A DNA stretch of 64,000 bases from an uncultured virus (IMG/VR IMGVR_UViG_2061766007_001638) (taxonomy: Duplodnaviria; Heunggongvirae; Uroviricota; Caudoviricetes): IMG/VR virus record IMGVR_UViG_2061766007_001638; one strand, 5' to 3'. The notes below the pieces were generated by a model. That model ran no database searches, was not told the origin of the DNA, and saw only the letters and a program-made list of their open reading frames with translations. This document shows, in pieces, positions 27,021-39,134 of the stretch; within the stretch, counting starts at the first letter, position 1; every line of letters starts with the position of its first letter. A program made the translations under genes and the position numbers.

Positions 27021-27878
27021 ATGAGCACAAGCATGATGAAGAACAAGCAGTGGTTTGACGAGAACGTGACGGACGCGGAGTTCATCACCGCGCATGAGGA
27101 CTTGACCTCCCGTGGTCGGTTCCACGCCCCGATTTCGTCTGCCGAAATCCTCGGCAAGTTCCGCGCCAAGGCACAGGAACTCGGCCTCCGTCTCGTGAAC
27201 GAGAAGGGCGCGCTGAAGCGTGACGGGACGCGGTTCATGTACCTCGCGGACGTGCAGGATGACGTCCATCCCGACTACGCCCTGTCCGTTGGCTTCCGCA
27301 ACAACTCCGACCAGTCCCTCGCGTTCAGCGGTATGTGCGGCACGCACATCTTCGTCTGCTCCAACGGGTGCTGCTCGTCCATCGTGAAGCCGTCCAAGAT
27401 GCGCCACACCATCGGGAACGTCCAGCGCAACGTGGGCTTCATTGACGCGAAGATTGACACCATCTTCGAGCGGTTCCTTGAGGACAAGGACGCAATCGTT
27501 GGCCAGATTGAGACGATGCGGGCGACTCCCCTCACGGACGCAATCATCGGTCGCTTCGTCCGCGCCTTGAACGGAGAGTGGAAGGGCGAGTGCGAGAGCC
27601 GCAAATTCGTGAAGAACCCGCTCATCGGTTCGTCCAACCTCATGCAGATTCTCGCTGAACTGGACAATCCGACCCTCAACGCCAAGCAGGACGATTCGGT
27701 GTTCCGCCTGCACAACGCGGCAACCTACGTCACCACGCATAAGATGGCCCAGCGGAATCCCGCACAGGCCCTGATGGCGAGCCGCTCGCTCAACAACCTC
27801 ATCCTCGGTCTCATCAAGCCCGACTTCACGCCCCTCGGGGATGCGGTTGAGGTTGAGGCCGAAGTGGTGGAGGGCTGA
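27021..27878 (+). CDS. DUF932/DUF945-family protein
   Basis: H.PI..., FRNNSDQS.AF......FVCSNG, K.RHT and late FRLHNA.T motifs. Confidence 0.75.
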   Translation: MSTSMMKNKQWFDENVTDAEFITAHEDLTSRGRFHAPISSAEILGKFRAKAQELGLRLVNEKGALKRDGTRFMYLADVQDDVHPDYALSVGFRNNSDQSLAFSGMCGTHIFVCSNGCCSSIVKPSKMRHTIGNVQRNVGFIDAKIDTIFERFLEDKDAIVGQIETMRATPLTDAIIGRFVRALNGEWKGECESRKFVKNPLIGSSNLMQILAELDNPTLNAKQDDSVFRLHNAATYVTTHKMAQRNPAQALMASRSLNNLILGLIKPDFTPLGDAVEVEAEVVEG

Positions 27879-28978
27879 ACCAAGAGGGGGTCTGGGATTT
27901 CGGGAGACCGAGACCCAGACCTCCAAAAGGGGGATTGAGTTGACAGGGTCTGGATTTTCTGGTATAATAGAGGCGTAAACGGAAGGAAACGAAGATGAAG
28001 TGCAAGACGAAATACATGGTCATCTGCCGACTGGTGGACTGCGAAAACGACTTCGGCCTGTTCCCTTTGCTCACGGACATGAAGAAAGAGGACGGGGACA
28101 TAGCGGTGTTTGACACCGTAACGGAAGCGCGAAAGGCGATGAAAGCCGACTACAAGTTCTTTGCAGAGTCCTATGATGCGGAACAGAGCATTGACGGGAA
28201 AGACCACTGCGAACGCGCAATCGGCAAGGACTTCATTGAAATCAAGGTTCCTATTTGGGATGGGGAGAACGAGAAGGATTCTTGGATTGTGGCGAAGTGG
28301 GCGGTTGTGGGGCTTTAACTTGACAGGGTCTGGATTTTCTGGTATAATAGAGGCATGAAAGGAACGATGCAGATGAAACGAGAGAAGACAACTGTGTTCG
28401 TGGTGAGCGAGTCCCACGGCTACGATTATGACAACAGATACGAGTCCGTGTCAGATGGCGGAGTCGCCAAGAGCATGAGGTCGGCCATGAGGCTGTTCAG
28501 GTCGTTCGTCAGGCTTGCCGTTGAGAGTTACTACGAGGGCGCAGACCTTGAGCAGGACAAGATTGACGAAATCATAGAGTCCATAGTCAAGAGTCCGTAC
28601 AGAAGGGGCAAGACGAAGGGCAAGGTGTTCAAGCGGTTCTCTTGGGAAAGCGGAAACGACACCTACGAGTGGCTTATCGCGGAAAAGGAAATCTAAAGAA
28701 AGGAAAACGAAATGAGATACCATGTTTCAATGAGGGTTGACGGACGCATTTCCGTTGAGGTGGATGCCGCAAGCGCACAAGACGCATTTGACAAGGCAAT
28801 CAAGCGGTGGGAGACTGGCGATTTCGATTTCAACAAGATGGAGATTGTTGACTCCTATCCAGTGAACGCGGAGGACGAGGACGGAAACCTCACGGATTCC
28901 AACTATTGATTTGACAGGGCCAAAGTTTTTTGGTATAATAGAAGCATAAAGAAAACAACAACAGAAAGGAAAACAACA

Positions 28979-29467
28979 ATGAGCACACGTTCAAGAATTG
29001 GTATGGTTACGGACAATGGAAAAGTTATTTCCATATATTGTCATTGGGACGGATATCCGCAGAACAACGGACGCATCCTCCTTAAGTCCTACACCGACCC
29101 CGAGAAGGTCAAGGCACTAATCTCCCTTGGAGACATCTCCGTTCTTGAGGCGGAGGTTGAGCCGAAGGCCGAGTTCGCCCAGTCCCGCCACGCGGGCAGG
29201 AACGGGAAGAAGAAGATTGTCAAGCACTCGTTTGACACCCCGCAGGAGGGCGTGGTCGTTGCCTACGGTCGCGACCGTGGGGAAGACCCCGACATCATCA
29301 AGCCCCGCATTGACGAGTCCGTGGACAAGTTCACGAAGAGCGATGTGGAGGAATGGGGCTATCTCTTCAAGGACGGCAAGTGGTTCGTGATTGACGGACA
29401 CGTTGGCACGGACAACCAGACCCTCGTACCGCTCACGAAAAAGTACATCGCCAAGAGCAAAGGCTGA
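28979..29467 (+). CDS. Conserved phage protein (MSTRSRIG...YCHWDGYP family)
   Basis: Signature SIYCHWDGYP..NG..L...Y, AYGRDRGE, EWGYLF. Confidence 0.75.
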   Translation: MSTRSRIGMVTDNGKVISIYCHWDGYPQNNGRILLKSYTDPEKVKALISLGDISVLEAEVEPKAEFAQSRHAGRNGKKKIVKHSFDTPQEGVVVAYGRDRGEDPDIIKPRIDESVDKFTKSDVEEWGYLFKDGKWFVIDGHVGTDNQTLVPLTKKYIAKSKG

Positions 29468-32277
29468 TTTAGTTCGTACCTAATCATGCAAACCCTCTGC
29501 TGGAAACGGCAGAGGGTGATTTTTTCCGAAAAATTAACTTGACGGGCACGGGGCTTTTTGGTATAATTGAGTCACAGCGAACGAAAGGAAAACGAAATGG
29601 AAAAGAAAATCGTAGACTTGGAGACCCTTACAGACAAGGAACTCCTCAACGAACTGGCCGACAGGATTCTCGCATACGAGGAGTCTGGCCTTGAGATGTG
29701 GAAGTGGCGGAACGAGCGCGGATACTCCGAGGAGGACTGCGAGGAGAGTTCCGAGTGGCAGGAGTGGGATGACCTCAAGACGGAGCATGACGATGACTGG
29801 TGTCGCATCCGCGAGTGCGTCCGCTTCATCAAGGATGACGACACCTTGATGGCGTGCTAGGAAATAACTTGACAGTACCGAAACGATTTGGTATAATAGA
29901 GGCGTAAACGAAAGGAAACGAAATGAAGAAGAAAGCGAAGAAGCCCATGCGGAGCGACACGGAGATTCTGAAAGACCTCATTGACGCGGTCATGGAGTAC
30001 AACTCCCTCCGCGATGACGAATGGGACTTCAACGACAATCACGGCAATCCATATATGTGGAGCGATGAGGAAGACGATGAGCACGAGGAACTTCTTGCCG
30101 ACATCCTCAAAAAGCGCAGAGAGGTGAGGAACCTCATCGTTGAGGCGACTGGTGACGAAAACCTTTCATTCTAAGGAGACGCCATGAGAGTAGCGAGACA
30201 GCCAAAGTATTCGGTGACGTTCGGGTTCATCTGCGAGTCCAACGGAATGACTGGCCAGTCCCCGACACGGAACATGAGCCATCCAGACCTGGAGTTCGCC
30301 CTTGCGATGGTTGACCCGTTCAACCACGAGAAGTGGATGTCGCAGATTGCCCAACTCCGCAGAAGGGGAGACCACATCGTGATAACGATGACAAGTGCGT
30401 CAGACAACTACGGAAACGTGGGACGGGCGATTAAAGTGACGAAGAACTGAAAGGAATTGGAAATGAAGTTCACCAACAAGGACATGGAGACCCTGCTGAA
30501 AATCTACGGAGGGGACAAGAAAATCCTGGGAGAAGACCTCCCCCAGATGGAACAGGCCGCTGACGTGACAACATACACGTTCGGCAAGAGAAGCGATGGA
30601 ACGGACGAGCGGAAAATCACCCGTCTTGGGGCTATAAGGAAAATCGGGAGACAGGCGTGGATTAGCGGACTGGCGCGTTCGGCTTTCCATGTGACCGCGA
30701 TAAGGTACGTTGACGACAGCGATGAGGGCAAGGGGTTCGTCTACTTCGATTCCCGCGAGATTTTCAGATGATTGACTTGACAGGGCCAAAGGTTTTTGGT
30801 ATAATAGTTTCGTAAACGAAAGGAAAATCAAATGACGATTATGACCGAGAACTACTGCGATGAATGCAATGAAGTCGTACACGCAGTATTTGACGAAGAG
30901 GATTTCCGCAACCACAAGGTAGGGACGATAAAGTGTCCAGTTTGCGGTGAGACGATTTTTCCCTGCAACGAGTGCGAAGACCAATCAGCCTGCTCCAGTT
31001 GCCCGTGGTTCCAGACTCCATCGACCGAGGCGATGAGTGATGAGGCGTATGTCAGGTATGAACGTTCCGAGAACCCGAAGTTCTTTGAGATGTGCCTGAA
31101 CGGAGACCTTGGGCCGACCTACCAAATGGTCGCTCTCGCGATTGAGAAAAGGGAAAAGGCGAATTGACTTGACAACACCGAAACCATTTGGTATAATAGA
31201 AGCACGAAAACGAAAGGAAAACAAACAATGGAAATCTACGTAATCAGATGGCTCTCCCGCATTGACGGTGAAGAGGAGTGCGGCAACTTCGAAGTCTGCT
31301 ACACGGACAAGGAGAAGGCGCGAAAGGCGATGCTGGATGACGTGAAGAACACGAAGGCCGACTGGGAATCCGACTTCAAGGACTACCTCGGAAGCATTGG
31401 CGAGAAGGTGAAGTCCCGCTTCGAGGGGCCTGGCAGAAACGGAAAGAAGAACTGCGACTACGCGGGAATCTGGATTGAGGACGGAAACGGGGACGGAACC
31501 TACGACTACCACGACTGGTGGATTGACACTCTTGACGTTGCGTGAAAGGAGAAAAAGATGGAAGGAACATTCAATGGAAACGCGGAGGCGATACTGAACG
31601 AGGCGTACGCATTGTCCTGCACACGCCTTGAGGAACTCGGAATCAAATACGATTCCATGACCGACAACGTGATATTCTTCAGCGACACGGACGCCAAGAA
31701 GACCTACGTCTTCAGAATGGAACTTGCCGAGTGCGAGGAATACGAAGGCGACTGAATGACTTGACAGGGTCTGGATTTTCTGGTATAATAAAGGCGTAAA
31801 CGAAAGGAAAAGCAAATGATTCACTATGACGAATACGGGAACCCCACCCACGAGCACGAGATGCTCTGCCTCAAGTCCCTTGAGGTGGCGAACGAAGTCT
31901 TGAAGAAAGGTTATCTCTCCAAGGTGACGGTGCAGTATGGTGAGGGACACAAGGGAGCGAACGTCACGGCTGTGTTCTTCGGGAAGAAGGCCAGGAGAAA
32001 GGGCCAGACGATTCTGAAGATTTGGCCGATAGACCACATGGACAAGAAGAACGAGGAACTGGTGGACTACGCGGTTGACGAGATTGAACTCGAACTCGCC
32101 CGCCAGCACCTCGGATGGGACAAGGTCACAATCACACACACGAACGTTGAGAAATCCGAGAACATCATGGTCATCTCGTTCTCGGTTGCGAACAAATGAC
32201 TTGACAGGGCCAAGGTTTTTTGGTATAATAGAAGCGTAAACGAAAAACAAACAAACAACACCGAAAGGAAAAACAAA

Positions 32278-32847
32278 ATGGGACAGTATTACTTAATCGC
32301 GGTCAAGGAAGAGGACAAGCCCGTGGCCGTCTACAAGCCGAAGACGGACAAAGACCAGTGGGTCGGCCTGAAACTCCTTGAGCACGGCTATCTCTGCACG
32401 AACGTGTGCAAGGCCGTGGGGAAACTCCTCTCTGGACGGCCCGTCCAAATCGCGTGGTGCGGTGACTACTCTGACGGGGAGGGCGACTACGACTGCGCGA
32501 ACGGAGACCTCAAGTACGACATGGTCTGGGGGGAGGACGTCATCGAGCGAATCCTCAAGTCCGCCCGCTTCGGGTGGAAGGGCAAGTACCTCGTCAACGT
32601 CACGAAGAAAGAGTACATCTCCTTCGACAAGTACTTCAAGAACTGCGAGAAGGCTGGGGAGGAGAAGGGATGGGAAATCTGCCCGTTCACGGTTCTCACA
32701 GCAATCGGCAACGGACGCGGTGGCGGTGACTACTCTGGAGTCAACGAGGAACTCGCTGGGACTTGGGCGTGGGACGCAATCTGCATCAGCAACAAAAAGC
32801 CCACGGACTGCAAGGAACTGGACATCTACTTCAAAGAGGGATTCTGA
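32278..32847 (+). CDS. Conserved phage protein (MGQYY family)
   Basis: MGQYY, GLKLLEHGY, W.GDY, YLVN.TKKEY, GNGRGGGDY, G.WA.D.I motifs. Confidence 0.75.
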   Translation: MGQYYLIAVKEEDKPVAVYKPKTDKDQWVGLKLLEHGYLCTNVCKAVGKLLSGRPVQIAWCGDYSDGEGDYDCANGDLKYDMVWGEDVIERILKSARFGWKGKYLVNVTKKEYISFDKYFKNCEKAGEEKGWEICPFTVLTAIGNGRGGGDYSGVNEELAGTWAWDAICISNKKPTDCKELDIYFKEGF

Positions 32848-32927
32848 TAACTTGACAAGGGCCAAGGATTTTGGTATAATAGTGCCATAACGAAAACAAC
32901 AAAACAAACAACGAAAGGAAAAACAAA

Positions 32928-33542
32928 ATGGGTCTCGATATGTACATCAACCGCAAGGTTCACGGCTACCGCAAGAGTGACGGAACCTTGTCCCAGAGCA
33001 TGGAGGACTACAAGTCTGACGAGTTCGGGTGCGGCAACGGGGAAACCGTTGAGACGGAAGTCGCCTACTGGCGGAAGGCCAACGCAATCCACAAGTGGTT
33101 CGTTGACAACGTGCAGGACGGTGAGGACAATTGCCAGGAGTCGGACATCGACATCAATACGCTCAAGCGTCTCCGCGACACCTGCCTTGAGGTGTTCAAG
33201 CGAATGAAGGGCCAGGTGCTCCGCGTCCCCAAGAAGGATGTCGAGAAGTTCAAGGAGTTCTATGGTGGCAAAAAGGAGTTCAAGCAGAGAATCACCATCG
33301 ACCCAGACAGGCTTGATGAAATCGAGAATGTGACCGACTACCATGTGGTTGCCGATGACAGTGTCTGCGAGGAACTTCTGCCTACGCAGGAAGGGTTCTT
33401 CTTCGGAAGCACCTCCTACAACGGTGGCTACTTCTACGACCTGTACAAGACAATCAGGATGATGGACAGAATCATCAAGCAGGACGAGGAAGACAGGAAG
33501 AACGGAATCTACCCCGACTACACCTATCAGGCTTCTTGGTAA
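32928..33542 (+). CDS. Conserved phage protein (MGLDMY...YWRKAN family)
   Basis: MGLDMY, EVAYWRKANAIHKWF, LLPT.EGFFFGS..Y, YQASW. Confidence 0.8.
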   Translation: MGLDMYINRKVHGYRKSDGTLSQSMEDYKSDEFGCGNGETVETEVAYWRKANAIHKWFVDNVQDGEDNCQESDIDINTLKRLRDTCLEVFKRMKGQVLRVPKKDVEKFKEFYGGKKEFKQRITIDPDRLDEIENVTDYHVVADDSVCEELLPTQEGFFFGSTSYNGGYFYDLYKTIRMMDRIIKQDEEDRKNGIYPDYTYQASW

Positions 33543-34293
33543 GGGTCTGCATTAAACCAAAACAATCGGGGGTCTGGGATTTCCCAGCCCCCGCAAGAAA
33601 GGAAACGAAATGGATAACGAAACCTACAGGGCAAACGTCAAGTACGAAATCGAGCGCGTGTTCGATGTCAACGACACATACAGTGATTCCGACTTCTTCA
33701 ACAGCATCTCGGAAATGACGGAGGAATACTTCTCGAACCGAGAAGATTATGAAAAACCGTCCATCCTTGCCGACAGCATCCATCTCTGGATATCCGATGT
33801 AGAGAACGGGGAAATGACGGAAGCTGGATTCGTTGCGAGCATACACGAATTCCTAGAAGGAGACGATTAGCGATGTTCGGCAACAAGAGCAGCTGGTTCC
33901 CCCTGAAGAAATTCACGAAGGCTGGATGCCACTTCGACTGGATGATGGGGGTGACGAAGTTCGCTGGGGTGAAAGACTTCCTCTTTCCAGCGAAGACGAT
34001 AGTGAAGAACGAGACGGTTCTCTGGAACAGGACGCTCAACGCGAACATATCGCTCGAGTCCTACAGGGAAGTGCAGGAGACGAAGGACCCTGACCTCGTG
34101 AAGAAGTGCGAGGAAGTGGGGCTCCCCCTCGATGTGAGGGTCTAGGATTTCTGGAAGGGACTACTCCTTTCACCCTTCCCAATAGCGGGCACGCGGACTT
34201 TTCACTTTCACCGCGTGCCCGTTCCTTTTGCAAAACAAGAAGACGCTGGAAATATCTCCAGCGTCTTTCTTTTTCTTCTCTGGGGCCTGGTTT

Positions 34294-34914
34294 TTATTGG
34301 GCGGGCTCTTCTGCCGACGGCTCCTTCTCCTTGAGGGAGACTTTTATGAACGAGATGTTATATCCATTGATGAATCCCTGAAGGTCGGAAAGCTCAATCT
34401 TGCTTTCGTCGTCCTGGAAAAGACAGCGTTTCACCGTGTCGATAATCTTCTTCTTGAGTTCCGTCCCAGTGGCGGTCGTCTCGGNNNNNNNNNNNNNNNN
34501 NNNNTCGTCCTTGTCTTTTCCCTCTTCGCCGTTCTCCTCTGGGGCCTGTTCTTTTTCACCCTCTGGCTTTTCCTCTTCGGGTTTCTGTTCTTCTGGTTTC
34601 TGCTCGGAGTTTTCCTCTGGAGAAGTCGTCTCTTCTGGGGCTTTCTGGGCGTTGTCGTCTACTTCTGGCGACTGTTCCTCTTCTCCGCCCTGCTCTGGCT
34701 GGGCCTGTATTGGCTCCGCGAACCTTATCACCATGTCTGCGTCGTCGAGGAACTTGGCGTTGTAGGCTTTCTTCACCGCTTCCTTGAACTTCGAGCCGAC
34801 CTTGTCTGCCTCCACGACTTCGAACTTGATTTTGTCTTGAAGGTGGGCTTCCTTGAATCCCGTTGCAAGGGCCTGAAACACAAGCCCTCTGTCTCCATAT
34901 AGATTTACCAGCAT
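34294..34914 (-). CDS. Acidic low-complexity hypothetical protein
   Basis: AAAGGA SD and upstream GTAAATA motif on the minus strand; E/K/P-rich linker. Confidence 0.7.
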   Translation of the reverse strand: MLVNLYGDRGLVFQALATGFKEAHLQDKIKFEVVEADKVGSKFKEAVKKAYNAKFLDDADMVIRFAEPIQAQPEQGGEEEQSPEVDDNAQKAPEETTSPEENSEQKPEEQKPEEEKPEGEKEQAPEENGEEGKDKDXXXXXXXXETTATGTELKKKIIDTVKRCLFQDDESKIELSDLQGFINGYNISFIKVSLKEKEPSAEEPAQ

Positions 34915-34952
34915 TTTTATTTCCTTTGAAACTGTTTCTCTTATTTACAGTT

Positions 34953-35246
34953 TCAGCGGTATTCCCAATGTCCAGGGACGTACGTCTGGAACGGACGACC
35001 GTAGGAGTCGTAGCTCGTGACGTAATATCCAGGAATCCAGACCCTGCGGGGGACGACTACGGGGGCTGGGTTCACGACACTTCCGAGCAGAAGTCCAGCC
35101 CCGAACGCCAGCGAAGGCGCTACGTAGCCGTGATGGTGGTGATGTGGATACGGACGGTAGTNNNNNNNNNNNNNNNNNNNNNNNNNNNNNNNNNNNNNNN
35201 NNNNNNNNNNNNNNNNNNNNNNNNNNNNNNNNNNNNNNTTTTTCAT
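34953..35246 (-). CDS. Small exported-type protein with Pro/Val-rich and WIPG/YVPGHW repeats (partly in gap)
   Basis: AGGAG SD; HHHHHG-GAGLLLG-PAPVVVP-VWIPGYY-YVPGHW. Confidence 0.6.
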   Translation of the reverse strand: MKXXXXXXXXXXXXXXXXXXXXXXXXXXXYRPYPHHHHHGYVAPSLAFGAGLLLGSVVNPAPVVVPRRVWIPGYYVTSYDSYGRPFQTYVPGHWEYR

Positions 35247-36060
35247 GTGTCGTTTCTCCTGCTCTATATTATATTAGGAAAACAGCGAAAGCGTTCCTGA
35301 CTTTTTCGGAGAAATTGACTTGACAAGCCCACGGGACTTTGTTATAATTGAAAGCCAGAATTAACTTGACAAACGTGAAAAATTTTGGTATAATTTAAAG
35401 TTTATGTACATATAAGGACAATTGACTTGACAATTCCACGTAGATTTGGTATAATGGACGCAGAAAGGAAAACGAAATGAAAGTGCTAATAATAGACTTC
35501 TCCATGTTCAACGGGGTAAACATGATGTACGCAACGCACTACTACGTTGACGGAAGGCGGGTTTCCAAGAACTCGTTCTACCAGCTGGACACGTGGATTC
35601 ACCATAACTACGTCCACGACCATACGAGGCAGTGGCACGACAAGAACAAGAACGGGGTGGACAGGGAATACACCGAGATAATCTACAAGGAAAAGGATAA
35701 ACTTGACAGGACGTTCTGATTCTGGTATAATTGAACCGCAAAAAGGAAAGGAAACGAAGATGATTCACAGAGGAAAAGACGCGTGGAACAGGCTTTGCTC
35801 CATGTGCGATGACGTATCGGTGGGAAAATGCAGGGTTCTCATGGCCGATATCGCGGTCGAGGGCAAGCAGGAAGAGTTCAACAAGTTCTTCAATAGGGAG
35901 CATAGCGGAATCGTTGACGACTTCTCGTTCTGGAAGTTCATCAACAGGGACTCCGACATCAGGAAGGCACTCGGACTCTCTCGGCACGGCTATTGATTTG
36001 ACAGACCAGACCGATTCTGGTATAATAGAGGCATCAACAGCAAAGAAAGGAAAAAACGAA

Positions 36061-36528
36061 ATGGCTAATGACTGCTCATTCGACATGAAGGTTGTCGCGA
36101 AGGACAAGGAGACCATAGACAGGCTCCTCTCCATCATGAAATACGAGGACAAGGAGTTCTACATCTACAGGGTTAGGGACGTTGACGTCCTCTATCCAGC
36201 CGAAAAGGAGGGAGACAACTACTCTGCGGTGTTCGAGGGGGACGTTGCATGGGGCGCGACTCCGTGGGTAAGAGGGATACCCGACCCGAATTCCAAGAGC
36301 GAGACTGGGGCTTCCTACACGAACCTAGTGGAAATCTGCAAAGCCCTCGGCATCCAGATTGAAATCTGGACTTCCGAGCCTGGAATGGGTTTTCAGGAAT
36401 ACATTCTAATCAACGACAACGGAGAGTTCGACTACCAGACCGAGGACTGGCAACTGGAATGGGGCGAAAATGACGATGACCCCAAGGAGTCTGGCGGCTT
36501 TGACGACTACGGCTCGTGGAGCATCTGA
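36061..36528 (+). CDS. YubB/DUF1281-like ferredoxin-fold phage protein
   Basis: MANDC..., F...VAW, EPGMGFQ motifs. Confidence 0.5.
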   Translation: MANDCSFDMKVVAKDKETIDRLLSIMKYEDKEFYIYRVRDVDVLYPAEKEGDNYSAVFEGDVAWGATPWVRGIPDPNSKSETGASYTNLVEICKALGIQIEIWTSEPGMGFQEYILINDNGEFDYQTEDWQLEWGENDDDPKESGGFDDYGSWSI

Positions 36529-37735
36529 ACCGTATGATATGGACATCAAAAAGAAAAAGGAGAACAAAATGGAAGACAACAAGGAATTGACTGACGAGGA
36601 AATGGACAGGATTGACCATGTCCAGCAACTGACCTACGAGTACATCAACAAGATGCTTCCTGGCGGGAAGGAGGTCGAGTACGACCTCGACATGATTGAC
36701 GATGTAATCGAGGCGGTGTGGGGAGCAATCAAGGACAGGGAAATCTGCACCGAGATGGAGTTCTATCCGTACAGGGAGTCTGGCGGGGAGGGGCCCGTGG
36801 AGGGCGATGACGTCCCAGATGGATGGGAAGACCCGTCTGTCGACTGCACGGACTTCTACTGGGCGGACGCGGCCCTCGCGGAAGACCATCCAGTCTGCTG
36901 CAGAATGTGCGGCAACTTCAACGAGGACACTGGAAAGTGCGGACTCGGGATAGGGGCCTGATTTTTCTGGAGGGTAAATAAGCGAAATGGAAAACGGAAA
37001 GACAGAAAATAGAAGCGTTACCATAGGGAACAGCTGGCTTGGCACGATACTCACCGTCGCGATTGTCGCGACAAGGGCGTTCCAGCCTGGTTCCGAACCA
37101 ATGAGTTCGTGGTCTTTCACGTCATGGCTCTGGATGACGCTTCCGCTGACGTGGCCAATATTGCTGTTCACCGCATGGGGAGCGGCATGGGCGCTCGTCT
37201 CAATCGCGTCGTGTCTCTTCAAAAGGCGAAGATGAAAAGAGGGCCAATGGAAGGCGATGTACAACAACGGATGCATAATGGTCCTGCTCTCGTCGGTCAA
37301 GCGCATCCAGGCGGACATTGAGAAGTCTAAGGAACGGATGGAATCCGCAGATTACGCGGACGCCAAGAGGGAACTCGACTCCATGGAACGCTTCCTCCAG
37401 TCGATGCTGGACGGGAAGAGGGCCTGACGTTTTTCATTCCGTATAATATCAGCAAACCAAAAACAAAGGAACAAAATGACAATCACCAGTCTTGAAGACA
37501 AGGTCGAGGAACTGATTTCCGACCTTGACGAACTTACCTGGGTCCCCCAGGAGACAATCACCGACATCAGGAATAAGCTCGAGGACGCTTCCGACCTGCT
37601 CTGCGACGCGGAGGCGGAATTCGGAGACGAACCAGTGGAAGAGAGCGACGAACTCGAAGACGACGAGTGAGGGCCAGGAATTTTCAAAACCGTATAATAT
37701 CACACAGACACATAAAGTCAAAAAGGCAAATCAAA

Positions 37736-38440
37736 ATGAACACAGTCATCAGCAAGGTCATTGACGAAGACACGAACGAGTTCCTCGGTTACGACATGGA
37801 CGACTACCTCATGGAGCAGGTCGTCGCGTCCATCGCAAAGAACAACGCGTTCGCCCCGAACGTCGACCGAGTCATCTACAACACCAAGACGACCGACGAG
37901 GTCGCCAAGAAGGACGGCGACGGCAATCCAGTCCTCGACGACAAGGGCCGCGTCGTAAAGGAGACTGTCAAGCTCGAGCGTCCCGTGCTCGTCACGGTCG
38001 TCTACTTCAAGGACGGCACGAAGGTTACGGTCAAGAACAGCGCCAAGGACGGAATCACGCTCGTTGACAAGAAGGTGAAGCTTTCCGACGGCAGCGAGAA
38101 GACCGTCACGACCGCCAGCGACGAGTCGAAGGAAATCGGCCTCGTCTACGCAATCGTCAAGCGCATTATCTGCGACTACGACGACAACGGAACCGTCAAG
38201 AACGCTGGCTTCGCCCGTTTCCTCCACGATGCCGTCAACAAGGCTTTCGTGCAGGACGTGGAGGAGGTCAAGCTCGCTGGAGAGCGGAAGATTCTCAAGA
38301 GCCGCCCCAAGCCCGAGAAGAAGGAGAAGGGGGCCAAGGAAAACCGCAGCCTCGGTGCCGTGGTTAGCGCTCTCTCCAAGACGGTCGAGGGCCTGAAGTC
38401 CATCGTCGAGAATCTTGCAACGACGAAATGCGGTGAGTGA
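37736..38440 (+). CDS. Hypothetical phage protein
   Basis: Strong codon bias; TVVYFKDGTKVTVK...D.KEIGL..AI.K motif. Confidence 0.7.
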   Translation: MNTVISKVIDEDTNEFLGYDMDDYLMEQVVASIAKNNAFAPNVDRVIYNTKTTDEVAKKDGDGNPVLDDKGRVVKETVKLERPVLVTVVYFKDGTKVTVKNSAKDGITLVDKKVKLSDGSEKTVTTASDESKEIGLVYAIVKRIICDYDDNGTVKNAGFARFLHDAVNKAFVQDVEEVKLAGERKILKSRPKPEKKEKGAKENRSLGAVVSALSKTVEGLKSIVENLATTKCGE

Positions 38441-39134
38441 GGAAGTCGTTCTCGCCAACTCCGCGTGCGTGACCGACGGAGACAGGATTGGGATAGTCCT
38501 CAGCCTGTACGTCAGGAACGAAAACGGAAAGTCCTCCTTCAGGGGGGCCTGTGCAAAATGGGACTCTTCTGAAGGATGGGCATGGACGGTTCGGGGCCTG
38601 CAGAATCTGGAGCCAGCTGGAAAGTTCAACCTTTCCTCGCTTGGAATGGAAAACGGATTTTCAGGACTGGCGGTAGTTGACAAGGGAACGACGCTCCTGA
38701 ACTTCAACGCGGCGAAGTATTTCGACAGGCTCCTCAAGAGGGCCAAGCCCCTGGAGGAATTCGAGAAGAGGAACGAGACGCTGAGCGGAAGCTTCAGGTT
38801 CGAGCTCGACTTCGAAGGAAGGGGCCTGTCGGAAATCCCAGGCGGATGGAACGTGTCGCAGGTGAAGAAGAGGCCCAGGGCCAAGAAAAAAATCATATAC
38901 TGAGGGCCTGGTTTTCCTGGAAAAAAGAGCCCGAGAAAGTTTTCTGTAAATAGGAAATGACATCATGAGAAACAATTCAAAAGAGCAACTTAGACCAGCC
39001 AGCATAGCTACACGCTGTGTACTGGACGGCTTTGCGCCTTCGAGTTGATTCTCCAATGCCGTCCATGGAAACTTTTAAGGAATCGACCAGGAATTAACTT
39101 GACGGGTCGGTTCCTTTTTGGTATAATATTGGAC

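Larger units (their letters stand above)
215..36060 (+). promoter_or_regulatory. Dispersed array of about 80 consensus sigma70 promoter + Shine-Dalgarno cassettes
   Basis: Recurrent (A/T)TTGACTTGACA-N17-TGGTATAAT followed by AGAGGC ATGAAAGGAAAC or CGTAAACGAAAGGAAA upstream of most ORFs (e.g. 986-1030, 10080-10125, 26568-26620, 32200-32275). Confidence 0.95.
215..36961 (+). other. Phage early-type region of many small co-oriented hypothetical ORFs (mostly 30-250 aa)
   Basis: ORFs sit on the + strand directly after promoter/RBS units; acidic small proteins typical of phage early regions; most have no family I can recognise. Confidence 0.85.

Noticed and set aside
295..33344. Many minus-strand ORFs containing MPLLYQ / HASIIP
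   Set aside because: These are translations of the reverse-complemented promoter repeat and shadows of + strand genes
215..36060. CRISPR array or integron cassette array
   Set aside because: Repeats are promoter/RBS units separated by whole genes of variable length; no attC-like palindromes, cas genes or integrase visible
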